Assembly (NCBI RefSeq): GCF_025643275.1
Contig: NZ_CP089977.1
Span: 120,001-152,000, forward strand
Source: Moraxella nasicaprae
GTDB lineage: Bacteria > Pseudomonadota > Gammaproteobacteria > Pseudomonadales > Moraxellaceae
Reading direction: 5' to 3'
DNA length: 32,000 bases
In this document: in pieces, positions 9,427-18,410 of the stretch
Layout: the number at the start of each line of letters is the position of its first letter
How positions within the stretch are numbered: position 1 is the first letter of the stretch
Position numbers and translations under genes: made by a program
The notes under the pieces: generated by a model
The model's database searches: none
Told to the model about the DNA's origin: nothing
What the model saw: the letters and a program-made list of their open reading frames with translations, nothing else

Positions 9427-12400
9427 ATGTCGTTTGTACATTTGGGTGTACGCAGTGAGTATGCCATCGTCGATTCCATCATTCGTATCAAAGAGTTGGT
9501 CAAAGCCGCCAAAGATGACGGACAGACCGCTCTTGGCTTGGTGGATTGGAATAATATGTTTGCGGCGGTCAAATTTTATAAGGCATGTGTCGGTGCTGGC
9601 ATTAAGCCCATTTTGGGGGCGGAGGTTGTGATTGGCGATGCCATCGACCGTCAAGCCGAAGACGACAAATACAGCATCATGCTCTACGCCATGAATAATG
9701 ATGGCTATAAAAATCTACTACGACTACTGTCTGATGCTTATACCGACCGACCAATGGGGGCGAATGGCACGGTCAGTATCCACACACCCATCATCACCAA
9801 ATCCGCTCTATTTGCTCGCTCCGAAGGACTGATTGCCATCTTGACCAGTCGCTCAGAAATCGCCCCAACCTTGCTTGGTAATCACCCAGATTCTGCTCTA
9901 AATGCCCTACAAACATGGCAATCGGTATTTGGCGATCGTCTGTACTTGGGCATCAAACGCACCAAAACAGGCGATGACCGATTTAATGTTCAGGCAATCA
10001 TTCAGGGTTCTAAACTTGGGATTGCCGTCATCGCTCACAACGATGTGCGTTTTTTGAACGCCACACCGCAAGCTGATATTGGCGGTAAAGATGTCGATAC
10101 CAGTAGTGATTTTGACGCTCACGAGGCTCGTGTGTGCATTGCCACAGGTTATACATTGGGCGACCCAAACCGACCAAGAGACTACACCGAATTACAATAT
10201 TTTAAAAGCCAAACAGAGATGGCAGAGTTATTTGCTGACTTGCCACAAGTTATTGAAAACACCGCCCTACTTGCCAGTCGCTGTAATGTTACCTTGACTT
10301 TGGGCATCAATGTCTTGCCTGACTTTCCGATTCCAGAGGGCGAAACCATTGAAAGCTTTTTTAGAAAAACCTCTGCCGAAGGTCTCAACCGCCGTTTGGA
10401 CAAACTATATCCTCCCAGCGAACGAGGCGATGACTGGGCAAATATTCGCAAGCCCTATGACGAGCGACTTGATTATGAGCTAGACATCATCATCAAAATG
10501 GGCTTTCCAGGCTATTTTCTCATCGTGATGGACTTTATCCGCTGGGCAAAAGCCAATGGCGTGCCTGTCGGTCCAGGTCGTGGCTCAGGAGCAGGTTCTT
10601 TGGTGGCTTATGCATTGAACATCACCGACCTAGACCCTTTGCATTATGACTTGCTGTTTGAAAGATTTTTAAACCCAGAGCGTGTCTCGATGCCTGACTT
10701 TGACATTGACTTTTGTATCGAGGGTCGAGACCGTGTGATTGACTATGTTGCTCGCCAATATGGTCGTCAGGCAGTCAGTCAAATCATCACTTTTGGTACG
10801 ATGGCGGCTCGTGCGGTGGTGCGAGATGTGACTCGTGTGCAGGGCAAGCCTTTTGGTCTGGGCGATAGAATCTCCAAACTGATTCCAAAAACCCCTGGCA
10901 TTAGCCTTGCCGATGCCATCGAACAAGAACCGCAGCTTAAAGACTTATTAACCAATCCAGAAGCCAGCGACCATGAGCTTGCCAGAGAAATCTGGGACAT
11001 GGCAGAAAAACTAGAAGGCATTTGTCGAAATGTCGGTAAGCATGCAGGTGGCGTGCTGATTGCCCCAAATCGCATCAGTGATTTTAGTGCGGTATATTGC
11101 GATGATGAGGGTCACCCTGTCAGTCAGTTTGATAAAGATGATGTTGAGGCAGTTGGACTGGTTAAATTTGACTTCTTGGGGCTTAGAAACCTCACCGTCA
11201 TTCAGGCAGCGGTCGATAACATTAACGACACTCGTGCCAAACTTGGGCAAGAGCCGATTGACCTTGAAACCTTGCCACTTGACGATATGGCGGTCTATGA
11301 ATCGGTGCTACAACAAGCCAAAACCAGTGCCGTATTCCAGCTTGAAAGCTCGGGCATGAAAAAATACCTAACCCAGCTTAAACCGACTAATATTGAAGAT
11401 GTCATTGCGATGTGTGCCTTGTATCGACCTGGCCCACTTGAATCAGGCATGGTGTCGGATTTCATTGACCGCAAACACGGCGTACAGGAAGTGGCTTATC
11501 CACACGCCCAATATCAGCATGACAGCCTAAAACCATCGCTAGAATCCACCTACGGAGTCATCGTTTATCAAGAACAAGTCATGCAAATCGCTCAGGTGCT
11601 GGCAGGCTATACGCTGGGCGGTGCTGATATGCTGCGTCGTGCTATGGGTAAGAAAAAACCCGAAGAAATGGCAAAACAACGCAGTACCTTTGTTGAGGGT
11701 GCTGTTGCCCAAAATATCGATGGTGTGCTGGCGGCTCAAATTTTTGATTTGGTTGAAAAATTTGCAGGTTATGGCTTTAACAAATCGCACTCAGCAGCCT
11801 ACGGTGTGCTTGCCTATCAGACCGCCTACCTAAAACACTACTACCCTGCCGAATTCATGGCAGCGGTACTGACTTCGGAAATGGACGATACCGACCAAGT
11901 GGTGTTTTTATTAAGTGACTGTAAAGATAACTTTAATCTTAATGTCATACCGCCAAGCATCAATCACAGCCAGTGGCGATTTGTGGTGCGAGATGCCAAG
12001 ACGGTGGTCTATGGCTTAGGAGCCGTCAAAGGCGTGGGCGAAGAAGCGGTTGCCAGCATTGTCAAGGCACGCCAAAGTGGGCCTTTTAAGGATTTGTACG
12101 ACTTTTGCAACCGTGTGGACATCAAAAAAGTAGGCAAACGCACGCTCGAAGCCTTGATTAAAGCAGGCTGTTTTGATGTCTTGGCAGAAACACTCAAACC
12201 ACACTATCTGACTGATGAGGGTGATTTTAGCTACCAAATCCGTCGTGGATTATGGGAGCAGTTGCCTGATGCCATGGCAGCCGCTGAACAAAATCGCCAA
12301 AATCAGCTCATTGGTACTTTTGACTTATTCCAAGAAGTTGATGATGGTTTGTCGGTTGCCCCAGAATTGCCCGAAATTTTATGGAGCACCCAAGACCGCC

Positions 12401-13134
12401 TGCGTTTTGAAAAAGAGACGCTTGGACTGTATTTGACAGGACACCCGTTGGACGAATTTCGTGGCGAGCTTGCCAATTACACCACCGTTGCCAGCATTGC
12501 TGATTTATCCGACACAGGCTATAATAAATACAGTCATGTGGCAGGACTAATCATCGATGTCGCCAATTTTGGCAACCGTGTGGCGGTCACGATTGATGAT
12601 GGCAAAGGACGAATGGAATTAAGCTGTTTTAATGATACTTTTAATCAATTAAAACATATTTTGACCGTTGATAAATCCGTGCCATTATTTAACGAAGATG
12701 GTTCGCCAATGCTTGACAAAAACCACAAGCAAATGACCAAAAAAACCGACAACATCATCATCGCCAAAGTCAGCATTCGTGAAGATGGCGGTCGAATGTT
12801 TGCTCGACTGCAACACGCCCAAACCACCGAACAGGCACGCTTGCACAAACTCAAAGAAGTCCATGCCAAGATTGGGGCAAATGACACACATCATTTGGAT
12901 AACTTATTAAGCATCATCAAGGAAAATGACCCTTTGGCAACCACCATCAATACCCAAAGGCATCAAGATGGCGAATTTTATGTCGATGACTGCCTGCCCA
13001 TTCATCTGTATGTCTATGATGAATGCGGCTTGGCAAAAGTCGCTGTCAATGACCGACTGCGACTCTACCCCAGCGATGATAATATCATCAAACTCAAACA
13101 ATGGCTGACTGCCGATAATGTGGTGCTACGCTAA
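9427..13134 (+). CDS. dnaE: DNA polymerase III alpha subunit, 1235 aa
   Basis: PHP-domain N-terminus MSFVHLGVRSEYAIVDSI, then GFPGYFLIVMDFIRWAK, PVGPGRGSGAGSLVAYAL, PDFDIDF and FNKSHSAAYGVLAYQTAYLKHYYP. An AAGGA Shine-Dalgarno sits 7 nt upstream of the ATG. Confidence 0.97.
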   Translation: MSFVHLGVRSEYAIVDSIIRIKELVKAAKDDGQTALGLVDWNNMFAAVKFYKACVGAGIKPILGAEVVIGDAIDRQAEDDKYSIMLYAMNNDGYKNLLRLLSDAYTDRPMGANGTVSIHTPIITKSALFARSEGLIAILTSRSEIAPTLLGNHPDSALNALQTWQSVFGDRLYLGIKRTKTGDDRFNVQAIIQGSKLGIAVIAHNDVRFLNATPQADIGGKDVDTSSDFDAHEARVCIATGYTLGDPNRPRDYTELQYFKSQTEMAELFADLPQVIENTALLASRCNVTLTLGINVLPDFPIPEGETIESFFRKTSAEGLNRRLDKLYPPSERGDDWANIRKPYDERLDYELDIIIKMGFPGYFLIVMDFIRWAKANGVPVGPGRGSGAGSLVAYALNITDLDPLHYDLLFERFLNPERVSMPDFDIDFCIEGRDRVIDYVARQYGRQAVSQIITFGTMAARAVVRDVTRVQGKPFGLGDRISKLIPKTPGISLADAIEQEPQLKDLLTNPEASDHELAREIWDMAEKLEGICRNVGKHAGGVLIAPNRISDFSAVYCDDEGHPVSQFDKDDVEAVGLVKFDFLGLRNLTVIQAAVDNINDTRAKLGQEPIDLETLPLDDMAVYESVLQQAKTSAVFQLESSGMKKYLTQLKPTNIEDVIAMCALYRPGPLESGMVSDFIDRKHGVQEVAYPHAQYQHDSLKPSLESTYGVIVYQEQVMQIAQVLAGYTLGGADMLRRAMGKKKPEEMAKQRSTFVEGAVAQNIDGVLAAQIFDLVEKFAGYGFNKSHSAAYGVLAYQTAYLKHYYPAEFMAAVLTSEMDDTDQVVFLLSDCKDNFNLNVIPPSINHSQWRFVVRDAKTVVYGLGAVKGVGEEAVASIVKARQSGPFKDLYDFCNRVDIKKVGKRTLEALIKAGCFDVLAETLKPHYLTDEGDFSYQIRRGLWEQLPDAMAAAEQNRQNQLIGTFDLFQEVDDGLSVAPELPEILWSTQDRLRFEKETLGLYLTGHPLDEFRGELANYTTVASIADLSDTGYNKYSHVAGLIIDVANFGNRVAVTIDDGKGRMELSCFNDTFNQLKHILTVDKSVPLFNEDGSPMLDKNHKQMTKKTDNIIIAKVSIREDGGRMFARLQHAQTTEQARLHKLKEVHAKIGANDTHHLDNLLSIIKENDPLATTINTQRHQDGEFYVDDCLPIHLYVYDECGLAKVAVNDRLRLYPSDDNIIKLKQWLTADNVVLR

Positions 13135-13947
13135 ATGAACGACTTGACCGCCCAGCTTGCCAACATTCGCATTGTGATGATTGGCACAACCTTGCCAGCC
13201 AATATCGGTTCAGCAGCTCGTGCAATGCACACGATGGGACTGACCGACCTAGTGGTCATCAATCCACGCCTGCCCATTGATGATAGCAGTATCGCCAATG
13301 CTGCTGGCGGCAAAACAGTCTTGGATAACGCCATCATCAGTGATGATTTGCATCATAGTGTGGCGGATTGTACGCTGATTTTGGCAGCCAGTGCCAGAAC
13401 CAGACAAATGCCAAAGCCCATCATTACACCACAACTGGCAAGCCAACTGATTGCCAGACATCAGCAGGCACATGGCAAGCATGGCAAAATTGCCATTTTA
13501 TTTGGTCGAGAAGATAGAGGTTTAACCAATGAGGAGCTGGCATTGGCTGATTATCATATCCAAATCCCTGCCAATCCTGATTATCCTGTGCTGAATGTCG
13601 CCAATGCCGTTCAAGTCATTGCAGCCAGTATTTATGCAACGCTGACGCATCACGACGACTACACGCCACTCGCCAAAGAAATGCAGGGCGTTACCGCTCA
13701 GGAATATCCGCTGGACATTCATATTCGTGGCGTATGGGACGAACCTGCCATCACACACGCCCAAAGACACGGTCTTGATGATGCCATCATCGACCTCATG
13801 AAACAGCTTAATCTTGCCCAAGATGACAATTTGCGACTGCTACCCCAAAGATTATCCAGACTTAGCCAAAGATTGCAACTTGACCAAAAAGAGTACGCTT
13901 TACTGCGTTCCTTACTTGCAAAAATTAAACAAAACTTAAAAACATAA
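13135..13947 (+). CDS. trmJ: SpoU/TrmH-class tRNA (cytidine/uridine-2'-O)-methyltransferase TrmJ, 270 aa
   Basis: NIRIVMIGTTLPANIGSAARAMHTMGLTDLVVINP, ILFGREDRGLTNEEL and NPDYPVLNVANAVQVIA closely parallel E. coli TrmJ as remembered. The ATG directly abuts the dnaE TAA (TAAATG). Confidence 0.85.
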   Translation: MNDLTAQLANIRIVMIGTTLPANIGSAARAMHTMGLTDLVVINPRLPIDDSSIANAAGGKTVLDNAIISDDLHHSVADCTLILAASARTRQMPKPIITPQLASQLIARHQQAHGKHGKIAILFGREDRGLTNEELALADYHIQIPANPDYPVLNVANAVQVIAASIYATLTHHDDYTPLAKEMQGVTAQEYPLDIHIRGVWDEPAITHAQRHGLDDAIIDLMKQLNLAQDDNLRLLPQRLSRLSQRLQLDQKEYALLRSLLAKIKQNLKT

Positions 13948-13948
13948 C

Positions 13949-13980
13949 ACCTGTATTGATTGATACAATCAGGTTTTATT
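13949..13980 (+). terminator. Probable intrinsic terminator after trmJ
   Basis: The hairpin acctg(t)attg-attgata-caatcaggt has a stem of about 9-10 bp with a 1-nt bulge, followed by TTTTATT. It starts immediately after the trmJ stop. Confidence 0.45.
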
Positions 13981-14012
13981 GAATGCACTTTTGTAATTAA
14001 CATGGTAATTTT

Positions 14013-14813
14013 ATGTCCCTCATCAAAAAACTCAGCCAGCTAAAAGACAACATCAGTGATGACATCAATGCCGTCCTAGCCAAAGACCCTGCCGCTCGCA
14101 CACAGGCAGAAGTTTTATTGACTTATCCTGGCATTCATGCACGCATTTTACATCGTGGGGCTCACGCTCTATGGAATGCTGACCGTAAGTTTTTGGCTCG
14201 TGCTTTATCTCATTTTACTCGCTGCACCACAGGCATCGAAATCCACCCTGCCGCCAAGATTGGCAAACGACTGTTCATCGATCATGGCATGGGCGTGGTG
14301 ATTGGCGAGACTGCTGAGATTGGCGATGATGTGACCTTGTATCACGGTGTGACTTTGGGTGGGGTCTCTTGGGAAAAAGGTGCAAAACGCCACCCAACCT
14401 TGGGTAATAATGTCGTGGTGGGTGCTGGTGCAAAGATTTTGGGTGGATTTAGCGTGGGCAATAACGCAAAAATCGGCTCAAATGCCGTCGTCGTCAAGCC
14501 TGTGCCTGATGATGCCACAATGGTTGGTAGTGCTGCCCGTCTGATTGTCAAAGAAAAAGAACCTGCCAAACTTGCCAACGAAGCTCAATCACAAGAACTG
14601 TTTAATGCCTATGGTCTAAAACCTGATGCCAAAGACCCTGTGGCATCAAGCATTGCCGCCCTACTGGCTCATATCCAAAAACAAGATAAACAAATCGATG
14701 TTCTGATGGACGCCATTTGCAAACTTGACCCAAATTTTTGCAAACAAAACATCAAATCTTTGTGCAAAGACGACCTAGATGTCCTAGATGGCGACTGCGA
14801 TGACGACAAATAA
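14013..14813 (+). CDS. cysE: Serine O-acetyltransferase (short N-terminus type with a long C-terminal extension), 266 aa
   Basis: Left-handed beta-helix hexapeptide repeats: [44 protein letters not shown]...[35 protein letters not shown]. Confidence 0.85.
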   Translation: MSLIKKLSQLKDNISDDINAVLAKDPAARTQAEVLLTYPGIHARILHRGAHALWNADRKFLARALSHFTRCTTGIEIHPAAKIGKRLFIDHGMGVVIGETAEIGDDVTLYHGVTLGGVSWEKGAKRHPTLGNNVVVGAGAKILGGFSVGNNAKIGSNAVVVKPVPDDATMVGSAARLIVKEKEPAKLANEAQSQELFNAYGLKPDAKDPVASSIAALLAHIQKQDKQIDVLMDAICKLDPNFCKQNIKSLCKDDLDVLDGDCDDDK

Positions 14814-15366
14814 TCCGATTCGTTGCGATTGGTGCTTGTCCGACCCTTTGTACATCGCCTATCACGATCATGAATGGGGCAAGCCCATTTACGATGACAG
14901 ACAACTGTTTGCCTGCTTATGCCTTGAAAGCATGCAGGCAGGGCTTAGCTGGATTACCATCTTAAAACGCCGTGAAGCGTATTATCGTGCCTTTGATGAC
15001 TTCGACCCTGCCAAAATCGCCTTATACGATGACCAAAAAATCGATGAATTGATGCAAAATACAAGCATCATTCGCCATCGTGCAAAAATCTGTGCCATCA
15101 TCAATAATGCCAAAGCCTATCTTGCTATCTGCCAACGCCAGTCTTTTGCTCAATATCTATGGGGCATTGCCTGTGCCGATGGTGAGCCTATCATCAATCA
15201 CCCAACCCGACTTGAAGACATTCCCAGCCAAACCAAAACCTCTGCACGCCTTGCCAAACAGCTCAAAAAAGATGGCTTTACTTTTGTTGGAGCAACCACC
15301 TGTTATGCTTTTATGCAAGCGGTGGGTATGGTCAATGACCATTTGGCATCGTGTGATTTTCGATGA
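14800..15366 (+). CDS. tag: DNA-3-methyladenine glycosylase I
   Basis: [46 protein letters not shown] and [18 protein letters not shown] closely parallel E. coli Tag. The ORF track starts at 14788; the ATG at 14800 overlaps the cysE stop (ATGACGACAAATAA) and gives a shorter overlap. Either start is possible. Confidence 0.9.
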   Translation: MTTNNPIRCDWCLSDPLYIAYHDHEWGKPIYDDRQLFACLCLESMQAGLSWITILKRREAYYRAFDDFDPAKIALYDDQKIDELMQNTSIIRHRAKICAIINNAKAYLAICQRQSFAQYLWGIACADGEPIINHPTRLEDIPSQTKTSARLAKQLKKDGFTFVGATTCYAFMQAVGMVNDHLASCDFR

Positions 15367-15531
15367 TTTTATCCATCAAAATGACAAAAGTCATGCAGCC
15401 AAGTCATCTTAGGCTTGTCTGATGGGCTTTTTATCACTAAGTGTTGGTTAAAAAACCTTTTGGTAAAACACACCATTTTTTGACAAAAATGATGGTATAA
15501 ATAAAATAAATATAGATTGATTATCCCCATT

Positions 15532-15547
15532 AAGCGTGATACCATAT
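15532..15547 (+). promoter_or_regulatory. Weak candidate extended -10 promoter (TGaTACCAT) upstream of ppk2
   Basis: The same 10-mer AAGCGTGATA as in the dnaE candidate promoter occurs about 55 nt upstream of the ppk2 ATG. The -10 hexamer matches only 4 of 6 positions. Confidence 0.2.
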
Positions 15548-15596
15548 TGACAGTAAGGTTTTTGTTGTTTACTTATACGCTATTTAAGGAGTTTTT

Positions 15597-16694
15597 ATGT
15601 CTGCTACACAAACCAAGACCACCAAAGTGGCAACCACCCCAAAAAAAACAACACCAACCACGCCAACAGCCACCAAATCCCCTGTGATGGCAAAGACTTT
15701 GGGTCAATTAGAAGATTTACTAGAACACGCCACCCCTGATGAGTTGGCTGAGTTTGGTCAAACCCTTAGCGAATATTTGCCAGCAGCTCGTATCGCCAGC
15801 CAAATGCGTACCGAAAAATCCAAAGACACTCAGCTGTCAGACAACTGGCGTGAAGGCGGCTATCCTTATAAAAACCGCCTAAGCCGTAAAAATTATGAAG
15901 CCCAAAAATACAAACTACAAATTGAGCTGCTAAAACTACAACACCACATCAAGACCACAGGTCAAAAGCTGGTCATCATCTTTGAAGGTCGTGATGCCGC
16001 AGGTAAAGGCGGTACCATCAAACGCTTTATGGAACACCTCAATCCTCGTGGTGCCAGAGTGGTTGCTCTTGAAAAACCAACCGACCAAGAACGAGGTCAA
16101 TGGTATTTTCAACGCTATGTCCAACATCTACCAACCGCTGGCGAGATTGTGCTGTTTGACCGTTCTTGGTACAACCGTGCAGTGGTTGAGCGAGTGATGG
16201 GCTTTTGTAGCGATGATGAATATCGCACTTTCATGCGTCAAGTGCCTGAGTTTGAAAAACATTTGGTGGAATCGGGCATTCATTTGGTCAAATTCTGGTT
16301 CTCGGTTAGCCGTGAAGAACAAAAAGCTCGCTTTGCCAGCCGTGAAAATGACCCACTAAAACAATGGAAGCTATCGCCTGTCGATAAAGCCTCTTTGAAC
16401 AAATGGGACGATTATACCCTTGCCAAAGAAGCGATGTTCTTTAATACCGACACCGCAGAAGCTCCTTGGATTGTCATCAAATCTGACTGCAAAAAGCGTG
16501 CCCGTCTGAACGCCATGCGTTATGTGCTTAATAAGATGAATTATGAAAATAAAGATTCATCACAAATTGGCAATATCGACCCACTCATCGTTGGTCGTGC
16601 TGGTGCTTTATACGAGATGGACGAACGCACCGATTTGGCAGTTTCTGCCGCCAAAGTTCAAAAAGCGGCTGCCAAAAAATCAAATAAAAAATAA
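15597..16694 (+). CDS. ppk2: Polyphosphate kinase 2 (single PPK2 domain), 365 aa
   Basis: IIFEGRDAAGKGGTIKRFMEHLNPRGARVVAL (Walker A-like), GQWYFQRYVQHLP, VLFDRSWYNR and WKLSPVDK. A strong AAGGAG Shine-Dalgarno sits 6 nt upstream of the ATG. Confidence 0.85.
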   Translation: MSATQTKTTKVATTPKKTTPTTPTATKSPVMAKTLGQLEDLLEHATPDELAEFGQTLSEYLPAARIASQMRTEKSKDTQLSDNWREGGYPYKNRLSRKNYEAQKYKLQIELLKLQHHIKTTGQKLVIIFEGRDAAGKGGTIKRFMEHLNPRGARVVALEKPTDQERGQWYFQRYVQHLPTAGEIVLFDRSWYNRAVVERVMGFCSDDEYRTFMRQVPEFEKHLVESGIHLVKFWFSVSREEQKARFASRENDPLKQWKLSPVDKASLNKWDDYTLAKEAMFFNTDTAEAPWIVIKSDCKKRARLNAMRYVLNKMNYENKDSSQIGNIDPLIVGRAGALYEMDERTDLAVSAAKVQKAAAKKSNKK

Positions 16695-16709
16695 CCATCG
16701 AACGCCAAT

Positions 16710-16745
16710 AAAGGCACTTCATCATCGAAGTGCCTTTTGTTTTTG
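16710..16745 (+). terminator. Intrinsic terminator after ppk2
   Basis: An 11-bp stem aaaggcacttc/gaagtgccttt with a 6-nt loop, followed by TGTTTTT. Confidence 0.75.
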
Positions 16746-16810
16746 GTGTAAACAAATTGCCATCTAAGCACCTCTTTGTTACAATAATATTTTTCATCAG
16801 CGATATTGCC

Positions 16811-18340
16811 ATGCCCAAATCCATCACAAAACAAGCCTCATCACTTCATCTGTCAGATAATCTTGATACCATTGAGCAAAAACATCGAGCTCTTGCCGAG
16901 CGTTTCGCCCAAGAGCTGACCGATGACGATGGCGATGATGGCATGGATATGCTGCCCAATGCCCAACTGTCTTTGCATGACTACTTAACGGCGGTCAAGA
17001 TGGTCATTGATGATACTTTTGACCATGAAGTTTGGGTGCGTGCTGAGATTCGTGCGATGAACAGCAAAGGCGGTCATTATTATTTTGAGCTGGCAGATAA
17101 AGATGATGCTGGGCAAATCATCGCCAGTTGTCGAGCCACGCTATGGCGATATAAAGCAAACGCCCTACTAACCAAATTTGCCGTCACCACAGGTCAAAAT
17201 CTACAAGCAGGCATCAATGTGCTGATGAAATGCTCCGCAAATTTTCATGCCCAATATGGATTTAGTCTCAATATCAGCGACATAGACCCCAACTATACGC
17301 TGGGCGAGCTGGCAGCAGCCTATCACGCCATGAAACAACGCCTATACCAAGAAGGGTTGTTTCATCTAAACAAATCTCTACCGACACCATTTGACATTCG
17401 TCATGTGGTGGTCATCGCTCCCGAACAAGCGGCTGGCTTGGGGGATTTTCGTGCCGAAGCTGACCGATTGATGATGGCAAAGGCTTGTCATTTTCAATAT
17501 CATCACGCCACTTTTCAAGGCAATCATGCACCCAAAGAGATACGCCAAGCCATCATGGGAAGTCTAAATGATTTTCGCACACAACATGATGCCCTGCCTG
17601 ATTTATTAGTCATCATTCGTGGTGGTGGTGCGGTGGGCGATTTGGCATACCTAAATGACTATGAGCTGGCGGCTATGGTCGCTGAATGCCCTGTACCCGT
17701 CTGGGTGGGCGTGGGTCATCAAAGAGACTTGGTTATTTTGGATGAAGTGGCTCATAGAAGTTTTGACACGCCATCAAAAGTCATCTTGGGCATTGAGACA
17801 CATTTGGCACAAACAATCCAGCTTGCCAAACAAAAAATACAACAAATCCAACAAACCGCTACTCAATTTTTGACCACCACCAAGCAAGATTGCGAGCGAA
17901 AAATTCATCACATTCGCCATCATGCCAGCAAAACCACCCAAATCGCCAAACAAGACAGTAAGCATCAGCTTAAACAGCTACACACGACCATCAAACATCG
18001 CAGCAAACAAGAAACTCTGGCACTCAACACCCTGATGGCGAATACAAAAAAATACGCCCACGCACAACTGACACAAGCCAAAAAAGACAGTCGGTATTAT
18101 TTGAATGAACATAAAAAGCTCTATTCACACCTAACCCTAGTACGTGAACAATGTCGCCATCTACAAAGTCTGATACTCATTCAGCACCCCCAAAGAACAC
18201 TACAAAAAGGCTATGCTTTGATTTATGATGATGCCAATAAGCCCATCAGTAGTCGCCATATGCTCAATCAAGGACAAACGATACACATCGCCTTGCATGA
18301 TGGTCAGGTGTCAGCACAAGTACAATCTCATCTTGATTAA
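16811..18340 (+). CDS. xseA: Exodeoxyribonuclease VII large subunit
   Basis: HEVWVRAEIRAMNSKGGHYYFELADKD (OB fold), VVVIAPEQAAGLGDF and LLVIIRGGGAVGDLAYLND, plus a long Lys/Gln-rich helical C-terminal region. The ORF-track start (16730) lies inside the ppk2 terminator and is rejected. The ATGs at 16943 and 16949 (MLPNAQLSL..., which aligns with the E. coli start MLPSQ) are alternatives. Confidence 0.85.
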   Translation: MPKSITKQASSLHLSDNLDTIEQKHRALAERFAQELTDDDGDDGMDMLPNAQLSLHDYLTAVKMVIDDTFDHEVWVRAEIRAMNSKGGHYYFELADKDDAGQIIASCRATLWRYKANALLTKFAVTTGQNLQAGINVLMKCSANFHAQYGFSLNISDIDPNYTLGELAAAYHAMKQRLYQEGLFHLNKSLPTPFDIRHVVVIAPEQAAGLGDFRAEADRLMMAKACHFQYHHATFQGNHAPKEIRQAIMGSLNDFRTQHDALPDLLVIIRGGGAVGDLAYLNDYELAAMVAECPVPVWVGVGHQRDLVILDEVAHRSFDTPSKVILGIETHLAQTIQLAKQKIQQIQQTATQFLTTTKQDCERKIHHIRHHASKTTQIAKQDSKHQLKQLHTTIKHRSKQETLALNTLMANTKKYAHAQLTQAKKDSRYYLNEHKKLYSHLTLVREQCRHLQSLILIQHPQRTLQKGYALIYDDANKPISSRHMLNQGQTIHIALHDGQVSAQVQSHLD

Positions 18341-18349
18341 TTCCTCAAA

Positions 18350-18391
18350 CATAATAAAACACCGCCAAATAAGTGGCGGTGTTTTATTATG
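18350..18391. terminator. Bidirectional intrinsic terminator between convergent xseA and the oligopeptidase gene
   Basis: A perfect 18-bp inverted repeat cataataaaacaccgcca/tggcggtgttttattatg with a 6-nt loop. The GC core is flanked by A-rich and T-rich arms on both sides. Confidence 0.8.
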
Positions 18392-18410
18392 AGGTTGCAT
18401 CTAGCTATGG

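Noticed and set aside
14530-14813. The CysE C-terminal ~90-aa extension, which ends in a Cys- and Asp-rich tail ([31 protein letters not shown]) instead of the C-terminal Ile used by E. coli-type SAT to dock into CysK.
   Set aside because: From memory, short-N-terminus serine acetyltransferases of the Pseudomonas and Acinetobacter lineage carry a similar extension, including an F(D/N)AYG segment and a Cys-containing end. It is therefore probably lineage-typical and not novel. An alignment with those orthologs would settle it.
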